A DNA stretch of 64,000 nucleotides from an uncultured Actinomycetes bacterium. GTDB lineage: Bacteria; Actinomycetota; Thermoleophilia; Solirubrobacterales; Solirubrobacteraceae. Where the stretch lies: NCBI GenBank assembly GCA_963742125.1, contig CAVUKO010000009.1, positions 87,328 to 151,327 on the forward strand. The letters run 5' to 3'. Shown here one piece after another: positions 1-7,675 of the stretch. The notes beneath the pieces are model-generated. The model did no database searches and was not told the origin of the DNA. It worked only from the letters and a program-made list of their open reading frames with translations. The position numbers were made by a program, and so were the translations under genes. The first letter of the stretch is position 1, and every line of letters begins with the position of its first letter.

Positions 1-623
1 ACAACGTGGCGGTCGCCGCGCGCCGCGCGCTCGACCACTGGAGTGCCGAGCGTGTCCTCATCCTCGACTGGGACGTCCATCACGGCAACGGGACCAACGA
101 CATCTTCCACCGCGATCCCGACGTGCTCTACGTGAGCATTCACGAGTCGCCGCTGTACCCGGGCACGGGCCCGGCCGGCGACGACGGGTCCGGGCCGGGG
201 GAGGGCTACACGGTCAACCTGCCCGTGCCGGCGGGTTCGGGCGACGCCGCGTGGTGCTCGCTGGTCGAGCACCTCGTCGTCGCGCTGGGCCTGGAGTACC
301 GCCCGGGACTGATCCTGATCTCGGCCGGCTTCGACGCGCACGTGCGCGATCCGCTGGCGGGCTGCCGCGTCACCCGCGAGGGCTACGCGCAGATGGCCGC
401 GAGCATGCGCTCGCTGGCGGACGAGCTCGACGTGCCGATCGGCGTCGTGCTCGAGGGCGGCTACGACCTCGAGGCGCTGGCCGAGTCGACCGTGGCGACG
501 CTCGAGGTGGTGGGCGCCGAGGACCCGGCGGAGCACCGGCCCGTGGCCCTTCACCCGCAGGCCGCGCAGGCGGCGGGACGGCTGGCGGGGCGCTGGCCGC
601 TGGTGGGGGCGCTGGCGACGTAG
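1..623 (+). CDS. histone deacetylase / acetoin-utilisation (AcuC-like) family protein, C-terminal part (5' end outside window)
   Basis: ORF 6..623 is open to the window edge. It carries DWDVHHGNGT and GFDAH motifs of Zn-dependent HDAC-family enzymes. Confidence 0.8.
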   Translation, partial: NVAVAARRALDHWSAERVLILDWDVHHGNGTNDIFHRDPDVLYVSIHESPLYPGTGPAGDDGSGPGEGYTVNLPVPAGSGDAAWCSLVEHLVVALGLEYRPGLILISAGFDAHVRDPLAGCRVTREGYAQMAASMRSLADELDVPIGVVLEGGYDLEALAESTVATLEVVGAEDPAEHRPVALHPQAAQAAGRLAGRWPLVGALAT

Positions 624-720
624 TTCGTCGTCCGCTCCGCGCTTTGGCGGTGTGCGGCGCGAACTGCCTCATCGAGGGGAATGAGTGAGTGGTGGTCGGG
701 GCGCGGGCGGCTCCGCGGGG
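624..720. repeat. intergenic repeat, copy 1 (similar to 63898..64000, same orientation)
   Basis: Hand alignment of core 664-717 against 63946-63997 gives 46 matches in 54 columns. Weaker similarity extends back to the preceding stop codons. Confidence 0.55.
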
Positions 721-741
721 CGTGCGTCATCCGTCGCAAAC

Positions 742-862
742 CGCGCGTGTTTCGTAACACCTCTCCGACGCCGCGGAGGGGTGGGTCTCTTGACGGCGAC
801 TATGGCGGTCAATAGAGCCCACCCCCTTGGCCTGCTGGCGAAGGTGTTGCGAAACGCGCGTG
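742..862. other. long rod-like imperfect hairpin (candidate structured RNA or MITE-like element)
   Basis: 742-762 pairs with 842-862 (21 bp including G-U pairs). Inner helices are 778-785/818-825, 787-789/815-817 and 790-794/808-812. Confidence 0.45.
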
Positions 863-976
863 AACTGCGCAGAGACTCCGCGCCCCGGGGACCCGTCACA
901 CGCGCCGGGACACCCTTCCCTCGGTGATGCTGTTTGCGTCGCGCAGCGCCGCCAACGCGACGCGGACGCAGGCGCC

Positions 977-1444
977 CTAAGGAGCCGAGGTCGTCCCGCC
1001 CTCGCCGGTCGCGGTCCCGCCCTCGCCGGTCGCGGTCCCGCCCTCGCCGGTCGCGGTGCCGGGGGCACTCGTCGTCGTGCCCTGGGGCGCCGCGGTCGTC
1101 GGCGCGGACTCGGTGGGCGTGGCCTGGGTGGGCGCGGGCTGCGCGGGAGCCGCCGGCTGCGCGGTCGTGGCCGACGGTGGCGGCGCCTGGGAGTTGACCG
1201 GCGCGGCGGGCTCGGTGTCGTTGGTGAGGCTGACGAAGGCGATCGCGAGCGCGATGCCGGCGAGGGTGGCGATGACCGCCAGCAGCACCACCGGTGCGCG
1301 CCAGTTGGGCGTCGGGACCAGCCGTGTCCGGGCGGGGGCGCCGCAGGCCAGGCACCAGGCCTGGTCGGGGCCGATCGTGGTGGCGCAGCGCGGGCAGGCG
1401 ATGGTGCCCGGATCCGGCGGGGCGCCCGGTGGCGCGATGCTCAC
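977..1444 (-). CDS. zinc-ribbon membrane protein with C-terminal GTATGEG repeats
   Basis: C-terminal part of ORF 977..2686. The GTG start at 1444 overlaps the upstream stop (GTGA). It has CPRC...CLAC, one hydrophobic helix and a Pro/Ala/Thr-rich tail. Confidence 0.6.
   Translation of the reverse strand: MSIAPPGAPPDPGTIACPRCATTIGPDQAWCLACGAPARTRLVPTPNWRAPVVLLAVIATLAGIALAIAFVSLTNDTEPAAPVNSQAPPPSATTAQPAAPAQPAPTQATPTESAPTTAAPQGTTTSAPGTATGEGGTATGEGGTATGEGGTTSAP
993..1055. repeat. perfect 3 x 21 bp tandem repeat (in-frame, encodes GTATGEG x3)
   Basis: Units 993-1013, 1014-1034 and 1035-1055 are identical (gtcccgccctcgccggtcgcg). Confidence 0.9.
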
Positions 1445-2331
1445 GGTTCGTGGCGCTCGCCGGTCGGCTGGGCCACGGGCTCGCCCAGGCCCTCGCCCTC
1501 GCCCTCGCCTGCGGCCTCCTCGTCGACCGGGCGCATGACCTCGGTCGGCTGATCGCCGTCGGAGGGCGGCGGGTCCGGCGACGGTTCGGGCTCCACGGGC
1601 GCGGCGGCCTCGGCCTGAGGCGCGGCGGGCTCGGGCTCGGGCATCGGCGCCAGCGGCTGCAGGTGCATCGGCGCCGGCACGAGCGGTTGCGGGGGCGTGC
1701 TCGGCGCCGGAGCGACCGCACCGGCCTCGCCGACGGGCAGGCTCACGGCCTCGCCCACCTCCGCGATCGCCCGTGCGCCGTGCACCGGCGTCCCGCACGA
1801 CGGGCAGAAGCGGGCATCGCTGCCGTGCAGCGCCCCGCAGCGCGAGCACACCGAGATGCCGGGCTCGCGCAGCTCGGTCAGCGAGCGGCGATCGTCGAGG
1901 GCGATCTCCAGGGCGCGCAGCTCGCCGTCGACGGCGTCCAGCGCGGCGAGCTTGCCGTGGACGAGCCCCTCGTTGACCTGCGAGAAGCGGTGCTGGTCGA
2001 AGACGAGGCCGCCGAGGTCGCGGAACCCCAGCTCGCGCACGCGGCGCAGATAACGGAGGCGACGGCGCAGGCGGCCGCGCTGGCGGAAGCTCGGGCTGGC
2101 GGGCACCGGCTCCTGGCCGGCGGGGACCTCGGCGGCGGACTGCTCCTGGTCGGTCGCAGCCGCGGTCCCTTCGGACGCGACCTGGTCGCCGGCAGCCGGA
2201 GGCGCGGTCGAGGCGAGGTCCGCGGTGGCGTGCGCCTGGGTCGGCGCCTCCGTCGCGGCCTGCGCGGTTTCGACCCCGTTGGCCGGACGCTCGGCGCGCC
2301 GGCGGCGGATGACGTTCAGCGGGCCCTTCAT
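1441..2331 (-). CDS. zinc-ribbon domain protein (acidic low-complexity N-terminus, predicted helical middle, CxxC...CxxC)
   Basis: In ORF 1441..2499. The internal ATG at 2331 (MKGPLNV) overlaps the upstream glycosyltransferase stop (ATGA). It carries CSRCG...FCPSCG. Confidence 0.65.
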   Translation of the reverse strand: MKGPLNVIRRRRAERPANGVETAQAATEAPTQAHATADLASTAPPAAGDQVASEGTAAATDQEQSAAEVPAGQEPVPASPSFRQRGRLRRRLRYLRRVRELGFRDLGGLVFDQHRFSQVNEGLVHGKLAALDAVDGELRALEIALDDRRSLTELREPGISVCSRCGALHGSDARFCPSCGTPVHGARAIAEVGEAVSLPVGEAGAVAPAPSTPPQPLVPAPMHLQPLAPMPEPEPAAPQAEAAAPVEPEPSPDPPPSDGDQPTEVMRPVDEEAAGEGEGEGLGEPVAQPTGERHEP

Positions 2332-3284
2332 GCGGAAACGGCACCCGAATTCGGCGCCTCGACGGGCAACCGTAGCACCTCGCCCCAGGCGTCGAGCACC
2401 CGTCGGGCCATCTGCCGAGCCGACCACAGGGCGGCCCGGTCGCGGCCTGCGACGCGCGGATCGGAGGCCTCCAGGTGCGGCGCGAGGGCGCCCTGCCATG
2501 CGGCGCGATCGTAGGGCGCGCAGAGGGTTCCGGACACGCCGTCGAGGGCGGTCGGGTGCACGCCCACCGGCGTGGCCAGCACGGGCACGTCGCAGGCGAG
2601 CGCCTCCAGCACGGCCAGGCCGAAGCCCTCGTGCGCGGAGGGCACGAGCACGGCGTTGGCGGCGTTGACGTAGAGCGGCACCTCAAAGGGATGAACGCGC
2701 CCGAGCGACAGGAGTCGCGTGTCGCCTGCCACCTCCTGGGCGCGGTCGAAGCGCTTGACGGCGCGCGCGGGGTCGGCCGGGAAGAGCAGGCAGGGCTCGT
2801 CGAGCGGCAGGTTCAGCCGGCGGCGCGCCTCCGTGCGCGGGATCGCCGTGAAGCGGTCCAGATCGACGCCGCACGGCAGCACCGCGACGCGGCGGCGCTC
2901 GCCGGCGCCCGGGACCTCGCGCGCGAGGTCGGGGCTGACGGCGGCCACGAGGTCGACGAAGGGCAGCGCCGCGCGGGTGATCCGCCCCGAGCGCGGGTGG
3001 CGCAGGTCGGTGCCGTGGAGGGTGACCACGTGCGGCGCCCCGCGCAGCGCGAGCGCCGGCCATGCCGTGAGCCCGAAGTGGGCGTGGATGACGTCGAAGC
3101 GCGCGCGGCGATGCTGACGGCGCAGCTCGCGCGCGGCGCCCAGGTAGCCGCCCGGCGGGAAGGCGAACACCTCGACCTCGACGCCGTCGAGCTCGCGCAG
3201 GGCGTCGACCTGGTCGCGCACGAAGCTGCCGAGCGCGGGCTCGGAGGCCGAGGGCCACATGTTCGTGACGATGAGGGCACGCAT
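2328..3284 (-). CDS. glycosyltransferase family 4 (GT-B fold)
   Basis: ORF 2328..3302. An EGFGLAVLEALACDVPVLA-type motif is present. I prefer ATG 3284 (GGAGAA upstream) over GTG 3302. Confidence 0.8.
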   Translation of the reverse strand: MRALIVTNMWPSASEPALGSFVRDQVDALRELDGVEVEVFAFPPGGYLGAARELRRQHRRARFDVIHAHFGLTAWPALALRGAPHVVTLHGTDLRHPRSGRITRAALPFVDLVAAVSPDLAREVPGAGERRRVAVLPCGVDLDRFTAIPRTEARRRLNLPLDEPCLLFPADPARAVKRFDRAQEVAGDTRLLSLGRVHPFEVPLYVNAANAVLVPSAHEGFGLAVLEALACDVPVLATPVGVHPTALDGVSGTLCAPYDRAAWQGALAPHLEASDPRVAGRDRAALWSARQMARRVLDAWGEVLRLPVEAPNSGAVSA

Positions 3285-3378
3285 TCGGGGGTGATTCTCC
3301 ACAGTTGCCGTCTTTCGCCGTCACAGCCTCCCGCGGAGACTCGGTCGCGTTGTCACACACGACCCGAGGAGGCGTCAG

Positions 3379-3612
3379 ATGGGCTACAGGATCATGGGGC
3401 GCGTGCACGCGGATGCGCTGCGGGCGCGCACCCGGCTGGCGGGCGCGGCGGGGCAGGGGACGGTTGAGTACGTCGCCCTGATCCTGCTCGTCGCCGGGCT
3501 GTTCGCGACCGTCGTGCTCGCGGCGGGCGGCGTGAAGGGCAAGGGCATCGCCGACGCGGTGACCGAGAAGATCAGGTCGACGATCGAGGGGGTGGCGGCC
3601 AAGAAGGGGTGA
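3379..3612 (+). CDS. Flp-family type IVb pilin-like protein (orphan)
   Basis: 77 aa with GAGGAGG 7 nt upstream. A basic leader is followed by G/QGTVEY (Flp G/XXXXEY processing motif) and then a hydrophobic helix. Confidence 0.6.
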   Translation: MGYRIMGRVHADALRARTRLAGAAGQGTVEYVALILLVAGLFATVVLAAGGVKGKGIADAVTEKIRSTIEGVAAKKG

Positions 3613-3660
3613 GCCCCGGGCGACCGGTCGCGTGGGGCTCCGGGCGCCTACCATGGCGCC

Positions 3661-4515
3661 GTGGCACCACGCACCGCGGACCCCCGTGCGCGCCCGATCG
3701 CCGTCTTCGACTCCGGCGTGGGCGGGCTGACCGTCCTGCACGAGCTGCTCGTGCAGCTTCCCCACGAGGACTTCCTGTACCTGGCCGACGCGGCCCGGCT
3801 GCCCTACGGCACCCGCACGCAGGCCGAGCTCGAGCGCTTCGCGCTGCAGTGCGCCGAGGAGCTGCTGGCGCGCGGCGCGAAGCTGCTCGTGGTCGCCTGC
3901 AACTCGGCGACCGCGGCGGCCCTGCCGGCGCTGCGCGAGCGCATGGCGCAGACGACGCTCGGCGTCGACGTGCTCGGCGTCGTCCAGCCCGGTGCGGTCC
4001 AGGCCGTGGCGGCGACGACCAACGGGCGCGTCGGGCTGATGGCCACGCCGGCCACGGTGGCCAGCGGGGCCTACGCGACGGCCATCGCGCAGGCCGACCC
4101 GTTCGTGGAGCTGACGGCGGTCGCGTGCCCCGACCTGACGGCGATCATCGAGGGCGGCTTCCCGTTCGACGAGCGCGTCGTCGACACCGTGCGCGGCTAC
4201 GTCGCGCCGTTGCGCGCCGCCGGCGTCGACACGGTGATCCTCGGCTGCACGCACTACCCCCTCATCGCGCCGATGCTCCAGCGCATGCTCGGGCGCGGAG
4301 TGCGGATCGTCACCTCCGGCGCGCCCGTCGCCCACCAGGTCGAGCACGTGCTCGGCGCCCGCGGCCTTGCCAGCCCGCACGTCGGCGAGGGCGACTACCG
4401 CTTCCTGACCACCGGCGACGTCGACGCCTTCAACGCCCTCGGGTCGACCTTCCTGCAGCTCCCGCTCGGCGAGGTCGAGCACGTCGCGCTGCGCGCGGCG
4501 GAGGCGGCGGCATGA
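3661..4515 (+). CDS. murI: glutamate racemase
   Basis: [18 protein letters not shown] and GCTHYP motifs. Confidence 0.9.
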   Translation: MAPRTADPRARPIAVFDSGVGGLTVLHELLVQLPHEDFLYLADAARLPYGTRTQAELERFALQCAEELLARGAKLLVVACNSATAAALPALRERMAQTTLGVDVLGVVQPGAVQAVAATTNGRVGLMATPATVASGAYATAIAQADPFVELTAVACPDLTAIIEGGFPFDERVVDTVRGYVAPLRAAGVDTVILGCTHYPLIAPMLQRMLGRGVRIVTSGAPVAHQVEHVLGARGLASPHVGEGDYRFLTTGDVDAFNALGSTFLQLPLGEVEHVALRAAEAAA

Positions 4516-5244
4516 GCGAGCGCTCCTACGGGCGCGCGCCCGACGAGCTGCGCCCCGTGACCATCGAGCCCGGCTTCGTGGCCACCGCGACCGGCTCGGT
4601 GCTCATGAGCGCCGGCGAGACACGCGTCATCTGCACCGCGTCGCACACCGACGGCGTGCCGAAGTGGCTGGCCGGCAGCGGCCGCGGCTGGGTCACCGCG
4701 GAGTACGGGATGCTGCCCGCCTCGACCGGCGACCGCAAGCAGCGCGACGTCACCCGCGGGCGACCCGACGGGCGCACGGTCGAGATCCAGCGCCTGATCG
4801 GGCGCTCCCTGCGCGGGGTCATCGACTTCAGCGCCCTGGGTGAGAACACCATCTACCTCGACTGCGACGTGCTCACCGCCGACGGCGGGACGCGCTGCGC
4901 GTCGATCACCGGCGCCTACGTTGCGCTGGCCCTGGCCTGCGACGCGCTGCGCGAGCGCGGGGTCCTCGAGCGCTCGCCGCTGACCGGCTCCGTGGCCGCG
5001 GTGTCGGCCGGGATCGTCGACGGCGCGGCGCTGCTCGACCTCGACTACTCGCGAGGACTCGAGCGCCGAGGTCGACGCCAACGTCGTCATGACCGGCGAC
5101 GGCGGCCTCATCGAGGTCCAGGCCACCGCCGAGCGCACGCCGCTGTCGCGGGCGAACCTCGACGCGCTGCTCGCGCTCGCCGCCAAGGGCGTCGCCGAGC
5201 TCCAGGCCGCGCAGGAGCGCGCGGTCGGCGCGCCCGGCGCGTGA
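4512..5244 (+). pseudogene. rph: ribonuclease PH, interrupted by a +1 frameshift near 5052
   Basis: [16 protein letters not shown]...[10 protein letters not shown] is in frame 0. After LDLDYS the conserved [27 protein letters not shown]... continues in frame +1 (extra c at about 5052) and stops at 5242-5244. Confidence 0.85.
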
Positions 5245-5828
5245 AGCTCGTCCTCGCCACGCGCAATCCGCACAAGGTGCGCGAGCTGGCCGGCCTGCTG
5301 GACGGCTGCGAGGTCGCGCCCCTGCCCGACGCGGTCGTGCTGCCCCCCGAGACCGGCGAGACGTTCGCCGCCAACGCGCTGCCCAAGGCGCGCGCGGCGG
5401 CCGCGGCGACGGGCGAGGCGGCCTGCGGCGACGACTCGGGCATCGAGTCGGCCGCGCTCGGCGGCGCCCCCGGCGTGCGCTCGGCGCGCTTCGCCGGCGA
5501 GGACGCGACCGACGCCGACAACCTGGCCCTGCTCATCGAGCGGGCGCCGCCGGGCAGCGCGCTGGCCTACGTGTGCGTGATCGCGCTCGTCGATCCGCGC
5601 ACCGGCGAGGAGCATCTCTTCGAGGGGCGCTGCACGGGGACCATGGCCCCGGCCCCGCGCGGCTCCGGCGGCTTCGGCTACGACCCGATCTTCGTCCCCG
5701 ACGACCGCGACGACGGCCGCACGATGGCCGAGCTCACGCCGGCCGAGAAGGACGCGATCAGCCATCGCGGCCGCGCCGCGCGGGCGCTGCGCGACCACCT
5801 GCGCGAGACCACACCCGCGAGCCGATGA
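5241..5828 (+). CDS. rdgB: dITP/XTP pyrophosphatase (RdgB/HAM1 family)
   Basis: The GTG start overlaps the rph stop (GTGA). Motifs are [17 protein letters not shown] and ISHRG. Confidence 0.85.
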   Translation: MKLVLATRNPHKVRELAGLLDGCEVAPLPDAVVLPPETGETFAANALPKARAAAAATGEAACGDDSGIESAALGGAPGVRSARFAGEDATDADNLALLIERAPPGSALAYVCVIALVDPRTGEEHLFEGRCTGTMAPAPRGSGGFGYDPIFVPDDRDDGRTMAELTPAEKDAISHRGRAARALRDHLRETTPASR

Positions 5829-6751
5829 GCGAGCCGTCCAAGACGGGTGCCGCAGCGCTGTCGGTCGCCTCGAACTCGGCGCTCATCCTGCTCAAGGCGG
5901 CTGCCGGCACGGTCACCGGCTCGGTCGCGCTGCTGACCGAGGCCCTGCACTCGGCCACCGACCTGGTCGCCTCGATCGTGGCGCTCTTCTCGCTGCGCGC
6001 CGCCGACGTGCCGGCCGACGAGTCGCATCCCTACGGCCACGAGAAGATCGAGGACATGGCCGCCGCCATCGAGGGCGTGCTCATCCTCGTCGGCTCGGTG
6101 GTCATCGCCTTCGAGGCGGTGCGTCACCTGATCGAGGGCACGGGCGTCCAGCGCCTCGGCGTCGCCCTCGTCGTGCTCGCGGTGTCGATCGTCGTGAACT
6201 TCGTGGTCTCGCGCAGGCTCTCGACCCGCGCCGTGGCGACCAGCTCTCCGGCACTGGCGGCCGACGCGGCGCACCTGACCACCGACATGCTGAGCTCGTT
6301 CGGCGTGCTCGTGGCGCTGGCCATCGTGGCCATCACCGGGTGGGAGTGGCTCGATCCCGTGGTCGCGCTCATGGTGGCGGCGGTCGTGGCCGTGGCGGGA
6401 GTGCGCATCCTCACCCGCTCCTCGCGGGTGCTCGTCGACGAGACGCTCCCCGATCCCGAGCTCGAGGCGATCCGCGCGGTGGTCATCGAGTTCGCCGACG
6501 CGGGGATCGTGGGCTTCCACGAGCTGCGCGGCCGCCAGGCGGGCGCGCGGCGCCACGTCGACCTCCACGTGCAGTTCCGTGCGGGGATGACGCTCGAGGA
6601 GGCCCACGGCATCGCCCACCGCCTCCAGGCCGCGATCCGCGAGCGCCTCGGGCCGGCCGACGTGCTCATCCACCTCGAGCCCGAGGACCGCGTGCGCCCG
6701 GGCCAGGAGGTCACCACCGGCGAGCCCCCCGACCCGCTCAGAGCAGGTTGA
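5825..6751 (+). CDS. cation diffusion facilitator (CDF) family metal efflux transporter
   Basis: ATGA overlap with rdgB. It has six hydrophobic segments, HSATD and HLTTD motifs, and a C-terminal cytoplasmic domain. Confidence 0.85.
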   Translation: MSEPSKTGAAALSVASNSALILLKAAAGTVTGSVALLTEALHSATDLVASIVALFSLRAADVPADESHPYGHEKIEDMAAAIEGVLILVGSVVIAFEAVRHLIEGTGVQRLGVALVVLAVSIVVNFVVSRRLSTRAVATSSPALAADAAHLTTDMLSSFGVLVALAIVAITGWEWLDPVVALMVAAVVAVAGVRILTRSSRVLVDETLPDPELEAIRAVVIEFADAGIVGFHELRGRQAGARRHVDLHVQFRAGMTLEEAHGIAHRLQAAIRERLGPADVLIHLEPEDRVRPGQEVTTGEPPDPLRAG

Positions 6752-6878
6752 TCGCCGCCGACGCGCCGACGACGAGGAAGACCGCCGCGTAGCCCTGATA
6801 GCCCGACAGCAACAGGACCAGGCAGGTGATCAGGCACACGAGAGCGGTCACGAGCCAGGCGATCCGGCCGATGCTCAC
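6738..6878 (-). CDS. hypothetical 46-aa membrane peptide
   Basis: Below the ORF-track size cutoff. The GTG start has GGAAGGA 8 nt upstream. The product [46 protein letters not shown] is almost entirely hydrophobic. Confidence 0.35.
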   Translation of the reverse strand: MSIGRIAWLVTALVCLITCLVLLLSGYQGYAAVFLVVGASAAINLL

Positions 6879-6901
6879 GCGGCCTATCCTTCCAACTCGC
6901 C

Positions 6902-7168
6902 ATGACGACGCGCTCTGCGCTCACGCCCGCGGGTGCGCTCGGATGGCTCGCGTCACTGTCCATCGACGTGCGCGCCGCGGCCGTGCTCGACGCCGCGGGC
7001 GCCGTGCTGGCCGGCGATCCCGCGCTCGCACCCGCCGGGGAGGGCCCGGAGGTGATGGTGGCCCGCTCGGGGCGCCACACGATCGTCGTGCGCACCGGCC
7101 CGAGGGCGCTGAAACGCCTGCTCCGGGCCGATCTTCGGACCGCGCTGGAGGGCCTGGACATCGCCTAG
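6902..7168 (+). CDS. hypothetical protein (88 aa)
   Basis: ORF 6902..7168 with high third-position GC typical of coding sequence here. No Shine-Dalgarno sequence and no recognisable motif. Confidence 0.5.
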   Translation: MTTRSALTPAGALGWLASLSIDVRAAAVLDAAGAVLAGDPALAPAGEGPEVMVARSGRHTIVVRTGPRALKRLLRADLRTALEGLDIA

Positions 7169-7354
7169 AAAGCGGCGCGTCCCGTGTTTACGGCACACTA
7201 GGGGCCTGCGCCGTCGCCGGGCAAAACATCGCAACGAGCGGTGTTCAAGCCCGACATGGCTAGGAAAACGGCGTAGGAATGCGGTATTCGGGCGTCCGTC
7301 GTCCGTATCCGCTGATAGCGTCGAATGACCACGACCTCACCAGGAGGGAAAAGC

Positions 7355-7630
7355 GTGACGAAGTCAGAGTTCGTCGATCAGGTCGCCAGTCGCGCCGAGC
7401 TGGGCAAGGCCGAAGCCGGCAAGGCTGTTGATGCCGTGCTCGACACCATCCAGGAGACGCTGTCGCGCGGCAGCGATGTGACGTTCTCCGGATTTGGGAA
7501 GTTCCACGTCGCCGAGCGCGGCGCGCGTCAGGGCGTGCATCCGCGTACGGGCGAGCCCATCCAGATCGCGGCGTCGAAGGTGCCGCGCTTCACGGCCGGC
7601 TCGGGTCTCAAGAAGTCGGTCAACCACTAA
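7355..7630 (+). CDS. hup: DNA-binding protein HU
   Basis: FGKFHVAERGARQGVHPRTGEPIQIAASKVPRFTAG. I prefer GTG 7355 (AGGAGGGA upstream) over ATG 7325. Confidence 0.9.
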   Translation: MTKSEFVDQVASRAELGKAEAGKAVDAVLDTIQETLSRGSDVTFSGFGKFHVAERGARQGVHPRTGEPIQIAASKVPRFTAGSGLKKSVNH

Positions 7631-7675
7631 GCGCTGAGAGCCCGCGACACGCAACACGGCCGGGCGCCGGCCGGT

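Noticed and set aside
790-817. Promoter in the apex of the 742-862 hairpin (TTGACG ... TATGG / TAGAGC)
   Set aside because: The spacing between the -35-like and -10-like hexamers is wrong: 5 nt for TATGG, and a poor -10 for TAGAGC. No gene lies downstream on either strand.
936-963. Intrinsic terminator for the minus-strand zinc-ribbon operon
   Set aside because: The 8-bp hairpin gcgtcgcg/cgcgacgc lies 14 nt past the stop. On the minus strand it is followed by AAACAGC rather than a U-tract. It may still act as an I-shaped terminator, but I did not list it as a feature.
993-1055. Possible CRISPR or other non-coding tandem array (also 23001..23090)
   Set aside because: The repeats are directly tandem with no spacers. 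Their unit lengths are multiples of three and they lie in-frame within ORFs, encoding GTATGEG x3 and [10 protein letters not shown] x3. They are coding low-complexity repeats.
5040-5060. Programmed ribosomal frameshifting at the rph, glmS and other shift sites
   Set aside because: No X XXY YYZ slippery heptamer, poly-A/T run or prfB-like SD-plus-stop context occurs at any of the shift points. The sites share no motif.
3609-5828. 739-aa ORF that looks like a giant fusion protein
   Set aside because: It is a read-through artefact. The 5' part is an out-of-frame overlap of murI. The middle is rph, up to the frameshift at about 5052. An out-of-frame linker then happens to run into the rdgB frame.
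7225-7260. tRNA-like T-arm sequence (ggtgttcaagccc) upstream of hup
   Set aside because: No acceptor stem, D-arm or anticodon arm can be built around it. It lacks the GTTCGA/GTTCAA-TCC context in a cloverleaf.
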